From: Octopus vulgaris
Taxonomy: Eukaryota
NCBI GenBank assembly: GCA_951406725.2
Contig: OX597823.1
Coordinates: 89,652,001 to 89,716,000 of the forward strand
DNA length: 64,000 nucleotides
Reading direction: 5' to 3'
The notes under the pieces were generated by a model. That model had not been told where the DNA came from, did not search any database, and was given only the letters and a program-made list of their open reading frames with translations. The position numbers and the translations under genes are program-made. This document shows, one piece after another, positions 34,550 to 46,054 of the stretch (positions are counted from its first letter, which is position 1; each line of letters opens with the position of its first letter).

Positions 34550-34770
34550 AGGTGGTGAGATTGCAGAATCATTAGCTTTACTGGATGAAATGCTTATTGA
34601 CATTTCATTCAGCTTCATGTCCCGAGCTCAAATTCCGTTGTGATTGACTTTGCTTTTCATCCTTTCAGGAGCAATAAAATAAGTACCAGTCAAGTACTGG
34701 GGTCAATGTAATCAACTTATCCCCTCCCCACAAAAACTGCTGGCCCTGTGCCAAAATTCGAAACCATTAT
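34550..34770 (+). mobile_element. SINE family A copy
   Basis: GGTGGTGAGATTGCAGAATCATTAGC...GACTTTGCTTTTCATCCTTTC...AAGTACCAG. Confidence 0.85.
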
Positions 34771-34955
34771 ACTATGTTATATTACAAGAGCCAAAGGCCT
34801 CAAAATGGTGCATATCCTTCCTGATGTCTCCTTTCTGGCATCCAGTATGTGGAATTTTCAACTGAATGCACAAGCAAACTGTTTCCAAGTCTCTATTATA
34901 ATGTATGACTTAATATTATGACAGTTCTATATTCAAGAGATGAAGAATTTTATGT

Positions 34956-35209
34956 ACATTATTTATATTCGACGGATATTTGTCTTCATCTTGTTTGTTA
35001 ACACAACGTTTTGGCTGATATACCCTCCAGCCTTCTTCAGGTGTCTTAGTGAAATTTCAATGTTAACATTGAAAAATACCTTAGGAATGAGAACCCAGGT
35101 TCAAAATTTCCCCCAAGACACCTGAAGAAGGCTGGAGGGTATATCAGCCAAAACATTGTGTTAACAACAAACAAAATGAGTACAAATATCTGTCGAATGT
35201 AAATAATGT
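34956..35209. mobile_element. Penelope-like inverted-repeat remnant with a decayed minimal hammerhead motif in each arm
   Basis: ~100-bp arms (34956-35058 and 35104-35209). Each reads GACAC-CTGAAGA-A-GGCTG-loop-CAGCC-AAAAC-(G/A)TT-GTGTT, on + at 35117-35162 and on - at 35000-35045. Confidence 0.7.
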
Positions 35210-35244
35210 TAACATTATGATGTATATAATAATATATAGAATTA

Positions 35245-35530
35245 CTTTAGACAAGTGTCTTACACTATAGCCCTGGGCTATACAAAGTCTTATGAGTAAA
35301 TTTGGTTGTTGGAAATTGAAAGAAGCTTTGTGTTTGTGTTTGTCCACCACCACCACCACTTAACTGGTTTTGGGTTTGTTTACATCCTAGTCGACTAGCA
35401 GTTAGGCAAAATGAGACTGATAGAATAAGGACCAGGCTTAAAAATAAGTACTAGAGTTAATTTATTCCACTAAACTCTTCCAGCTGGTGCCCCAGCATGG
35501 CCACCGTCCAAATTCTGAAACAAGTAAAAT
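35245..35530 (+). mobile_element. SINE family B, 5'-truncated
   Basis: GACAAGTGTCTTACACTATAGCC...GATAGAATAAGGACCAGGCTT...GGTGCCCCAGCATGGCC. Confidence 0.75.
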
Positions 35531-35569
35531 ATATTTTCATTATGAAATGAATCATTATTATTACTAGGC

Positions 35570-36065
35570 AGGTGATAAGCTGGCAGAAATGTTAGCGCAC
35601 CGGGCGAAATGCTTAGCGGTATTTCGTCTGCCGCTATGTTCTGAGTTCAAATTCCGCCTAGGTCAACTTTGTCTTTAATCCTTTCGGGGTCGATTAAATA
35701 AGTACCAGTTATGCACTGGGGTCGATATAATCGACTTAATATCCGTTTGTCTGTCCTCTCTGTGTTTAGCCCCTTGTGGGTAGTAAAGAAATAGGTATTT
35801 CATCTATGTTCTGAGTTCAAATTCCGCCAAGGTTGACTTTGTCTTTCATCCTTTCAGGGTCAATAAAATAAGTACCAGTAAAACCTGGGGTTGAGGTAAT
35901 TGATTAGTCCCCTCCCCCAAATTTCAGGCCTTGTGCCTATAGTAGAGAGGATTATTATAAGGGTAGTGCACTGACAGTTGTTAGTCTGTCAGACAAAATG
36001 CTTAGCAGTATGTTGTCTTTCATAACATTCTGAGTTCAAATGCTGCTGTAACTGACTTTTCCTTT
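35570..36065 (+). mobile_element. Tandem SINE family A units (about three)
   Basis: TTCTGAGTTCAAAT at ~35639, ~35809 and ~36028; core domain in the first two. Confidence 0.88.
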
Positions 36066-36642
36066 GTGTATGTGTGTATATATATATATATATACACACA
36101 CACTCAGACTGTTAAATGAACAATGTTGTGAATGTAGAATCCGCCATGAAAGAACATGAAACACTAGAACCTGACCTTGGATAGAAATCTAGAAACACAC
36201 AGCTAAGTTCTGGGTTCATCCTCCTCTAGTGTAGGTTTTCAACTTTATGAATCGAATACTGAAATATCTTATTTCCTTCCCTCTCCCTCTTTCCATTGTT
36301 GTCTTGATGGCCTGGTCATTGGTAATGATGTTCGTATGTAATTGACGTAAATTTAGGTTGGGTTCCAATTTCCACTTAATTTTAAACGTTCTTTTTAACT
36401 AAAGATGGTGGGAAGTGAATAGTCAAAGTAAATAAAACCTTCATAAAGATTGCAGCAAGTAATTTGCATGTGAGGTTTTTACGTGTATTGGACTGGTAAC
36501 GAGAAATGGGTCACAGCTGGAGTAATTAATGATAATAGGTCTGGTAGACTAAGACTAACTTGAAGCGAACAAGGAGATAAAGTAACTATGTATGTGGGTG
36601 TGTGCAAACAAGGGGTTTGCTTTCAAACACCAATAACAAAAA

Positions 36643-36902
36643 TCATCATCATCATTGTTTAACATCCGCTTTCCATGCTAGCATGGATTGGATGATTTGA
36701 CTGAGGGCTGGTGAACCAGATGGCTGCACCAGGCTTCACTCTTGATCTGGCACAGTTTCTACAGCTGGCTGCCCTTCCTAATGCCAACCACTCCAAGAGT
36801 GTAGTGGGTGCTTTTAGGTGCCACTGGCGCGGGGCCAGTCAGGCGGTACTGGCAACGACCTCGCTCGAATCTTTTACAGGTGCCAGTAAGGCGACGCTGG
36901 TA
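36643..36902 (-). mobile_element. RTE 3'UTR copy
   Basis: (CAT)n TGTTTAACATCCGCTTTCCATGCTAGCATGG...; close to the reverse complement of 22490-22755. Confidence 0.9.
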
Positions 36903-36910
36903 AATGTGTT

Positions 36911-38480
36911 AAATATCTCCTTTTTAACTTGGTTAGTGTTGCTGCCTTGATGGGCTTATGGTTAAAGGTGTTTGTAAGTAGTAACATAATGTAAAAGTAG
37001 AGATTTCACTTGCTGCTAGGAATTACTAGAGGGGAATTCTATGAAGGTTTTTTTTTTAACATTTCTCTAGAGATGAAAAGAAAATTCTTTGTTACACCCT
37101 GGGGAGTGTTGAACCATGGCAAGGTATGTCTTATGTACACACCTTTACTCATAAGATTACCAGGTTCTTCTCCCAATAAATGCTGTAAAAAAACAAACAA
37201 AAAAAGACACTCAAGTCTATCACAGCATCAGATCAATAATCAATAAAAACAGATTTAAATATCTCATTTCTTGGAACTGCTTTGGTGGCCTGGTAGGTAA
37301 AGGTGTTGTTAAGTAGTACTTTAATACATGGTAGAGGGGTTCAGTCTTTGCCAGGAATTACATGGGATTTTTATTAAATGTGGAAAAAGAAAAATGTCTA
37401 GTTAGTTCCCAGGACAGTACTGAATCCTGGCCATGATGTCCTGTGCTGTCTAATCTACAATTTTACTAACAGGACAACCTCCATCCCCCAGTAAATACTG
37501 TAAATCACAAGATATTTAAATTTATCATAGCTTCAGCTCAATCATCAATAATGATGAAACTTAGACTTAAATATCTCATTTTTCATTCCCCCATTGTTCA
37601 TGCATCAGTGGCCTGGCAAATAAAGACATGTTTGTAAGTAGCATTTTGATTTATAGGTGGAGGTTTCAAATAATGGCAGGAACTAAACAGCATCTTAAAT
37701 ATTTTTCCATTTCTTAACTTTTATTATCACTTGAGATATAAAAAAAAAAAAAAAAGAATAATAATTATAAAAGTGAATATAAAAGTAAGAACACTGCATG
37801 TCCTGGGCAATATTGAAGCTGGTTAATTATGTCTTTCCTCACATGGCACTGCAACAAAAATAGCTATATAACAACAACAATAATGGTTTCAAATTTTGGT
37901 ACAAGGCAGGCAATTTTAGGGGCAAGATGAAGTTGATTACATCAACCCCCAGTGTTCAATGGTACTTATTTTATCAACCCTGAAAGGATGAAAGGCAAAG
38001 TCTATCTTGGCAGAATTTGAACTCAGAACATGAAGCCGGATAAAATGTTTAGTGGCATTTTATCCAGCACAGTAACGATTCTCCCAGCTCAATGCTTTTC
38101 TGTAGAACAATAATAATCCTTTGTACTATAGGCATAAGGCTTGAAATGAAGGAAGGGGCTTAGTCAATTATATTGACATCAATGTTCAACTGATACCTAT
38201 TTGAAATGTACAGACGGACGAAGTGCTGCTAAGCATTTTCCCCAGCATGCTAACAATTCTGCCAGCTCACAATTTTTATATGTAATAATAATAAAAACAA
38301 AAAGAGTACAATGGGATATTAAAATCTATCAGAGATTTAGATCAATTACTAATGATGAAATATCTTGTTACTCACAGGATATAACTTCTAGGTTGATGGG
38401 TGTTTAAGTGAAGGCCTAATACATAGGTGCAGGTTTCAATCTTGCCAAGAACTACAAGGGATCTTATTGAATATTTATAT
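36911..38480 (+). repeat. Degenerate tandem array of ~310-350-bp units with tRNA-like heads; unit 3 interrupted by SINEs
   Basis: Units start AAATATCT at 36911, 37257, 37569 and 38358. They share, in degenerate form, TAAAGGTGTTTGTAAGTAG, GGTAGAGGTTTCA, GCCAGGAA(T/C)TA and TATCA-AG--TCAG-TCAAT. Confidence 0.75.
37885..38270 (-). mobile_element. Two SINE family A copies, reverse orientation
   Basis: GGTACTTATTTTATCAACCCTGAAAGGATGAAAGGCAAAGTC...TTTGAACTCAGAAC; second partial copy ends TTCTGCCAGCTCAC. Confidence 0.85.
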
Positions 38481-38661
38481 TTAACTCTGCACTAGATGTT
38501 CTACATAGTGGTTTACAAATGTCATTACTGATGAGACCACAGCTCTAAACTCTATAGAATATGTGTAGAGATAACTTAAAAGTGATCCAATGGCATTGCT
38601 GACACAAAAAGGAAGGGCACAGTATTCACTTGTAAACCTTTAATATACTTGGTATTATTTA

Positions 38662-39050
38662 AGGCGGCGAGCTGGCAGGAGCATGCCAGGCGAAATGTTT
38701 AGCGGTATTTCATCTGCCGCTTTGTTCTGAGCTCAAATTCCGCTGAGGTTGACTTTGCCTTTCATCCTTTCGGGGTCGATTATATGCACTGGCGTCGATA
38801 TAATTGACTTAATCCCTTTGTCTGTCCTTGTTTGTCCCCTCTATGTTTAGCCCCTTGTGGGCAATAAAGAAATAAGAAACGTTAGCATGCCAGGCGATAA
38901 TGCTTAGTGGTATTTCGTCTGTCTTTGTGTTCTGAGTTCAAATTCCACCGAGGTAGGCTTGCCTTTCATCCTTTTGGGGTTGATAAATTAAATACCAGTT
39001 GCATACTGGGTTGATCTAATTTTGGGCCTTGTACCTAGAGTAGAAAAGAA
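38662..39050 (+). mobile_element. SINE family A dimer
   Basis: GGCGGCGAGCTGGCAG head; two core copies. Confidence 0.9.
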
Positions 39051-39103
39051 TTTACTTGGTATTATTTTAAGGTTACTAAACAAATTATGGCATCCCTACT
39101 AGT

Positions 39104-39590
39104 CATCATCATCATCGTTTAATGTCCACTTTCCATGCTAGCATGGGTTGGACGATTTTGACTGAGGGCTGGTGAACCAGATGGCTGCACCAGGCTCCAA
39201 TCTTGATCTGGCAGAGTTTCTACAGCTGGATGCCCTTCCTAACGCACTCCGAGAGTGTAGTGGGTGCTTTTTACGTGCCACCGGCACAGGGGCTAGTCAG
39301 GTGGTACTGGCAATGACCTCGCTCGAATCTTTTTACACGTGCCAGTGAAGCGATGTTGGTAACAATCACACTCGAATGGTGCCCTTTTACGTGCCACGGG
39401 TACAGAAGCCAGTTGGCTGCTCTGGCAATGATCACGCTCGGATGGTGCTCTTGGCACCCTACTAGCACAGGCATAAGTACCGGTAAGGCGACACTAGTAA
39501 CGATCACACTCGTATAGTGCTCTTTGCACCCCGCTAGCATGGATGCCAGTCATCGAATTGACTTTGATTTCACTTGCCTCAACAGGTCTT
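39104..39590 (-). mobile_element. RTE 3'UTR copy, same subfamily as 22001-22755
   Basis: Reverse complement matches ~22310-22755, with one extra internal repeat unit. Confidence 0.92.
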
Positions 39591-39635
39591 TAGTACATAT
39601 CATAATTTGAGATATATAAATATATGTCATAATAC

Positions 39636-39860
39636 ATCATCATCATTGGTTAATGTCTACTTTCCATGCTGGCATAGGTCGGACGGTTTGACAGGAGACT
39701 ACTCCAGGCTTCTGGGTGTGTTTTGGCAAAGTTTTTATAGCTAGATGCCCCTCCTAACACCAACCATATGGCAGAGTGCTTTTTATGTGGCATGAGCACA
39801 GGCAAGGTTAGTTTTGGCATGGCTTTTACAGCTGGATACCCTTCCAAACACCAACCACTT
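39636..39860 (-). mobile_element. RTE 3'-terminus-related copy (type of 27487 and 32263)
   Basis: (CAT)n...TTTCCATGCTGGCAT...GATGCCCCTCCTAACACCAAC. Confidence 0.8.
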
Positions 39861-40759
39861 ATAACAATATATGGCAAGGCTCAATTGTCAATTTCTCATA
39901 TCTTTCTCTCACATATTTCTTTTGATCTGCATGGCTGATAAATTAAGTACCAGTTACGTACTGGGAGTCAATCTAATCGACCAGCCTCTTCCCCCAAAAT
40001 TTCAGGCCTTGTGCCTAGAGTAGAATAGAAAATTTCTTATATCTTAGTCTCATTCTGGGTTGTTTTCTTGTAAAGTTGAAAATGTTTATGAATTTATAGC
40101 TTGTGGGGATCACTTACTTTGGTTTTCTTCCTAAGTATTCTATAATTAGGCATAAAATATACTTAGATATTGCTAAGTGTTAGGAGATTGTGTGGCGTAT
40201 ATGACTTGTATAGAAAACCATAGTTGAGGAAGATACAAAGCAAACTGCATCAGAATTTGCAAAACAGTTCATTTATGTTACACTTTGATCATAAAACACT
40301 GTTGTGATCATGGAAAAGTACCTTAACTTGATCAGTGGGTTGTCTAACCCATGCCAGCATGGAGAGTGGATGTTAAATGATGATGATAGACCAATATATC
40401 GGAATCTATTCTTTAAAAATAAACTCCCATATGGAGAGTGGGTGAAACATGATCCTGTTAAATTTGAAACCGAGTCAGTATGGAATTATAAAATGTAAGT
40501 AAACCTTCTTGTTATCATTGCTTTCACACCTGTATATTTTCCTTTGCTAGCAAGAGTTTGTAATAAAGTAATAAAACAATGGCATTAGGAAAACAATATT
40601 AGGCTGGAAAGAAAATTCTTCTGCATTTCAAGATAGGGAAAGAAACAAATACTTCTTTGGTCTTGATATATTTAATCAAGATAATATTTCTCCTCATTAA
40701 TGATAATGTGATCTATTTAGTAGATTGTTTATTTCTTAGGTATAAAATTCTGCAGGTTT

Positions 40760-41700
40760 TGAAGCAAAGAAACAATATCATATTTAATATTTTTTAGATC
40801 ATTGCAACATTATACAGAGTAAAAATAATTTATTAATCATGGAAAGACAATAGTCTAAGGAATCGAGGTCAGGAAAAGATGAAGCAAAACTTCCATATTT
40901 TTAGTGCTACAATTTTTTCTAAGTAACTTGGGCAATATATAATCTTGCATTATATAAAAGCAATATTCATTGGGCAATATTTACAATTGACCAATGAGGT
41001 GTGCATTTTCTGCAAATTTTTATTTGCAGAATGATACTTCTCTGCATTAACTGCTTCCTTTTGGTTTAACATTTCATGGCAGATGAAACCCTTCATACAC
41101 AAAGCATAACTTTTTTTGTTTTGAGATGTAGTACTGATTTAGCGATGGGCCCTCCTTTTCCATTAACTGCTAACCAACATCATTGGATATGATTATAGAG
41201 AACCCATTTTTCATCACTTGTGTTGATTTTACTCAAGAAAGTTTCAGCAGCAAGTCTACTCTCCTAAGACATGCAGAGGATAATTTCTTGATTAAGCTTA
41301 GAAATACCCACTGATTGAGTTCAAATACATTTCCGAGATCATGACAGTGTTTTATGATTGAAGTGTAATTTGAATGAACTGTTTTGCAAATTCTTATGCA
41401 GTTTACTTTGTATCTTCCTCAGATATGGTTTACAGATGCTCAATATTGACTGAGCTTAGTCATTCAGATCAAAAGAAATATGTGAGAGAAAAATTTCTCA
41501 AGTGAAATTAGCCAAACCATTGTGCACAGGTGCAGACATATAAATCTTCATCTCCACAAACAGAATGAATATTTCTTGCCATTTCATTACTGAAGAGCTC
41601 CCTTTTCAATGCATATAGCATGCACTGTCTGATACGGATCTGATATAAACTCATTTTAAAAGGGTAAAAATTGTTATGAATTTAACCATTATGATATGAA
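40760..41700 (-). mobile_element. Highly degenerate mariner relic
   Basis: KINTSDEKWVLYN at ~41195-41230 (TGDEKW motif) and PDLDSLDYCLS at ~40840-40873 (SPDLAPSDY motif). Confidence 0.7.
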
Positions 41701-41753
41701 GTAATCTGCAAAATAAAAGAGAAAAGCATTAGAATGTAAAAATTAACCCTTAT

Positions 41754-41759
41754 TTTATT
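41754..41759 (-). other. Candidate AATAAA polyadenylation signal for the GOLGA1-like gene (alternatives at 41897 and 42163)
   Basis: AATAAA on the minus strand ~670 nt past the stop. In AT-rich DNA this is weak evidence. Confidence 0.25.
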
Positions 41760-42431
41760 GTAAGTATTGAAGTACCCTCAAAAATGTAACCTTCTCTCCT
41801 CCAGTCTAATAGGTAAAAACAGAACAAATATATATATATATATATAAAAAAAAGACCATGGGTTCCAAAATGATGACAGGGTTTAACAAAAAGATTTTTA
41901 TTTTCAGTGGCAACCAAAATAAATACACAGCCATACCAAGAGTTAATCAAGTACCGAATTACCAAGTACCACTACCTAACTGCATTTGCACCTGCAATCA
42001 TGCATCAGACTTACCGCATATAAATATTAATTTATATTGTGTATAGATATATATACACAAACACACACACATTTATATATATATATTTAGTTGTACTACT
42101 AGATTGGAAGTTTTGTTTTGATGGTATATTTCTTGTCAGTTCCTTGTCTTTTTCTTTCCATTTTTATTTTACTTTTTTTTTTGTTACCGCAGTTATTTCT
42201 TTTTAAATTATTTTGTTTATACAAGAGATATAAGAAAATAGTGTCCTTTCTTTATACAAGGTGGTCATTTACATAGGTGAAGCAGCAAATAGCACTGAGT
42301 ATGATGATGATAAGAGAGAGAGAGAGGAAAGGAGAAAAGAACAAAGAAGAGAGAGATATATAATAATGAAGGTGGAAGTGGTGATGCTTATATATCCCAT
42401 GGCAATCGTCTTGATAATTAAAACACGGTTG

Positions 42432-42590
42432 CTAAAATGAGGGTGGTATAATTTTGGCAGTTTGACCGCGGCCAAGTGAAGGGCGTGACCCAAACCAGGA
42501 CATTTTGTACTCAAGAGTATCTCGAATCATCTGCTGCTCGTCTTGTGTGAATTTCAGGAGAACAGACACTGCTCGGATTAGTTGCAGGGC
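42432..42590 (-). CDS. GOLGA1: Golgin-97-like gene, last coding exon (C-terminal half of GRIP domain)
   Basis: TTGTTGCAG| [52 protein letters not shown]; matches the golgin-97 C-terminal pattern AVSVLLxF...[11 protein letters not shown]. 159 nt. Confidence 0.95.
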   Translation of the reverse strand, partial: ALQLIRAVSVLLKFTQDEQQMIRDTLEYKMSWFGSRPSLGRGQTAKIIPPSF

Positions 42591-42904
42591 CTGCAACAAA
42601 AACAAAATAAAATGTTACAATGGCATAAAAAAAAAAATGTACAAAAATACTGAGAATATTTAACTTCCTTGAAATAATTGAAAATGTGCTGGTGTGGCTG
42701 TATGAGTGGATTTGGTAGCCAGAAACTGGAAGTGGCTCATTACATATATGCATGGAAGATGGATGTTAGATGATATATATGGAGTTGGTGGGTTACTTCT
42801 GTCTTCTTGTTTTGACATTGATTGATAGTTGTAAATGAATGTCACCCTCATACAAGCAGTGTCTTTCGTTTTCTGTTCCATGAAAAACATGTCTGAACTT
42901 GAGC

Positions 42905-43437
42905 AAGCATTACCTTATTTGGAAACAGGTAACTGTTGACAACAAGAAGGGCATCTGAGCATGGAAAATCTGACTCAATACATTCTGTCCAAGTAAGCAT
43001 GGAAAATTGAGCGTTGAGAAGACCCGGCAGGACAAGTGAGACCATAACCTGCGGCCTTTACCTGGGATGTAGCCAGTCCACTTATGCATACCTTTTCTCC
43101 TTGGGACACAAAACTCTGCTTGCAAAGACCTGTTGAAGCAAGCGAAATCGATCAAAAAATGAATGGAAATTGTAGTTGTGATACCTGTGCCGGTGGTACG
43201 TAAAAAGATCCATCCGATTGTGGCTGTTGCCAGCGCTGCCTCGACTGGCCTCCGTGGCACATAAAAAGCACCCACTACACTCACGAAGTGGTTGGCGTTA
43301 GGAAGGGCATCCAGCTGTAGAAACACTGCCAGATCACACTGGAGCCTGGTGCAGCCTCCTGGCTTCCCAGACCCTGGTCGAACTGTCCAGCCCAAGCTAG
43401 CATGGAAAACGGATGTTAAATGATGATTATGATGATA
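42905..43437 (+). mobile_element. Two abutting RTE 3' ends in the last GOLGA1 intron
   Basis: An old copy ends CATGGAAAATTGAGCGTT (~43015) and is joined directly to a younger copy from GAGAAGACCCGGCAG to a (GAT)n tail. Confidence 0.88.
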
Positions 43438-43471
43438 GGAAAAAAAAGAAAAGGACAAAAGTGAAACTTAC

Positions 43472-43825
43472 TTCATTCTCTCGGCTCAGCATAAACTTCA
43501 GAACAACATGTTTCAGGTAAAGGAAGTTGACATCTTTCTCGTCGGCTTTAACTCGGAATGAATCAGTTGCATGAACTGGAAGATCGGAATGAGTGCGCAT
43601 GTGGTTTAACTCAAGGCTTTTGGCATAAGCCTCGTGAGGCAGCTTATTAAGGCTAGAGGATATATTTACAGACTGTTCGAGATTGTTTTTTCTTTTGAGA
43701 GGAGGCGTGTTAGAGGAGTCCCGATTGTCTGGAGGTAGATTGTCATTTGGAAGCGCTTGGACTTTCAATTCTTTCTGTAGAGTTTTCCGTAGATCTATTA
43801 ATTTTTGCTGTTGGCTCTTCAGTGT
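43472..43825 (-). CDS. GOLGA1: Golgin-97-like exon (end of coiled coil, linker, start of GRIP domain)
   Basis: CTGCAG| TLKSQQQKLIDLRKTLQKELKVQ...DVNFLYLKHVVLKFMLSRENE |GTAAGT; 354 nt, phase 0-0. Confidence 0.95.
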
Positions 43826-43884
43826 CTGCAGAAAAATAACCATTAAAAACATAGAATTTGTGTGTGTGTGTGTATGTATATATA

Positions 43885-44130
43885 TATATATATTAGAGGG
43901 AAACCACTATGTTCCACTATGCTAGACCACTGGTGTAAAATCGATGTTAATTAAATTAATAACTAATTTCTTACCCTCATTTTAAATATAAATTATATAT
44001 ATATTTTTTGAATGAATGACAAAAGAACAAGAATCATTAGCTTACAGATGTTTCTGCTATAAGCAATACATTCTACATTCAGAGCTCAGTGCTTGTGCAA
44101 CACCTTGTAGCTTCCTAAAAGCCATTTATA
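43885..44130 (-). mobile_element. Penelope-like fragment next to (TA)n with a strongly decayed hammerhead-like motif
   Basis: Minus strand GCT-TTTAGGA-A-GCTA...TAGC-A-GAAAC-ATCT-GTA-AGC at ~44039-44123; the CUGANGA core is degenerate. Confidence 0.35.
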
Positions 44131-44610
44131 CATATAATAGTTTCTAAAAAATAAAAAAAATCCCCTACACCACATAAGCCAATGACAGAGCTATTATATG
44201 GTCAACTGATCTGCTAAATCTCACACCATTTGCACAAAGTAATCAGAAAAAGGAAAAAAAAATTTGGTAATGGCTGGAATGCATTCCATAGCAAATTTAC
44301 TACTTGTAGTTGTGGTGGCATTCATCTAGGCTGGGTTGAGCTGGCTCCAACCAATGAGTTCACCATGTCTCTTACAAATGCTGACAGCATCCAACATTAA
44401 TGCTTCAGCCAGTGGCCCAAAAATCCAGCTTCAAAATTTGACAAATTCCCTAATGGGAGAGCAAGTACATTAGATAGCATGGATGCTGTAGCCAGAGTCA
44501 TCATTTATTAAGTGGGAGAATGTGTCATGAGTCATTGCCAAAGATCACCCTGACAGGAAGTGTGGAGAGCAAGAGGCTCTCAAAGACATTTGTGGATTAA
44601 CAAAATATAT

Positions 44611-45370
44611 AATAATAATAATAATAATGAAATTATTGTATACAGTGCTCAGGTGCACCACAACTTGTCAGAAAGTGCATATAAAGTACATGCAGTAATG
44701 TAGAAATGTCTGGAAAGTGAACATGCTTGTGTGTGTATGGATGGGAGAAAATCAAGTGTAGTGTTGGCGAATCTCAGGAAGCATGGAAGTCTTGAAGGAT
44801 GCAGTGCTCCGACAACTAACAACCGATGCCGGCAGTTTGTTCCACGCTTCAGCAACTCTCAGCGTGAAAAAATGTTTCCTGAAGTCATGGGAGCTGTGCT
44901 GTTTTCTTACTTTGTAAATATGTCCACGGGTGTTAGATGGGTGGAGTTTGAAGAGGTGCTCAGTGTTATTGTTTGTGCGATGGTTGATAATTTTATGGGT
45001 GTCTGCCAGGTCAGCTGCCAGACGTCGGAGTTTCAATGTGTCCATGCCCAGGGAAGTAAGGCGTTCAGGATATGGCAAATGCCTGATGGAGGGTATTCTT
45101 TTGGTTGCACGTCGCTGAACAGCTTCCAGACGATTGATGTCCTGGGCAAGATAGGGGTTCCAGACCGGTGATGCAAATTCCAGGTGAGGTCTTACCATAG
45201 CTATATAAAGCCGCAGATAGATAGCCGGAGAGCGGCTCACAAAGGATTTGGTGAGTGATGCCAAGACACCCTCAGCCTTCTTGACAATTTTGGCGATGTG
45301 TTTTGTCCAACGCAAATCACTGTCGACAATAACACCCAGGTCACGTTCACTTGAAGACTTTTTGAGACTA
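44611..45370 (-). mobile_element. 5'-truncated CR1-clade LINE with open C-terminal ORF2 and (TTA)n tail
   Basis: ERDLGVIVDSDLRWTKHI...LYIAMVRPHLEFASPVWNP...LEAVQRRATK...YPERL...LRRLAADL...TRGH...FFTLRVAEAWNKLP; stop at 44752; tail at 44611-44628. Confidence 0.93.
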
Positions 45371-45859
45371 TATCAAAGAATAGACTGCAAACCTGTTCTG
45401 CTCTGGCCCCTTCTCTCATAGCATAAAGTAGCTTCTCTTGGAGTTTATAGTCTTGCAAGATTCATGGTGGCCTCATTGGTGCTGCTGCCATGTAAACAGC
45501 ACTCTTTAAAGTGGTTAGAATTAGAAAGGGCATCCAGTTGTAGAAACCAAGCTAAAAAGACCCCTATCAAACCATTCAACTCCTATGTCAGTATGAAACA
45601 GGGACATTAAATGATCTTGTAATTATACTGGATTACTAATAATAAGAACAAGCCACCTTGCCAGTTGTTAGACTTGCTATGACAAGCAACCAAATCTCTC
45701 TCAAATCACACTCCTATTTTAGAATAACACAAAAAAAAATTGCATAATATAGACTGAGGAACCCAACAGGAAACAAACAAAAAACTGGTTTGATGAGGTC
45801 AAACAATGAGAACAGAAGAGACAAAATTTACTGAAAGGAAAGGAAAAACACAAACTCAC

Positions 45860-45970
45860 CTTATTTTTATCATTAAGTGTTTCTTCTAATTGGCGTAAAT
45901 TATTCCTTGTTAAGATGAGTTCACTTGAAAGCTCAGCACCATCTTGTATCTGTGCTTCCAGTTTAGCAAT
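45860..45970 (-). CDS. GOLGA1: Golgin-97-like coiled-coil exon
   Basis: CCCAG| IAKLEAQIQDGAELSSELILTRNNLRQLEETLNDKNK |GTGAGT; 111 nt, phase 0-0. Confidence 0.9.
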
Positions 45971-46054
45971 CTGGGTAAGAATAAAATACAAAATTAGGTG
46001 AAGTTAGAATTCCTCATAATTTGGTATTGTAGTAGTTTTAGTGTAAGTGTGGCT

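Noticed and set aside
38525-38555. CTGATGAG motif as a hammerhead ribozyme
   Set aside because: No GAAA core and no helices I/III; the similar hint at ~14205-14240 is also too degenerate.
44649-45171. ORFs overlapping the CR1 element in other frames or strands (also 19-246, 301-630 and 830-1165 over the RTE)
   Set aside because: Shadow ORFs of retrotransposon coding sequence.
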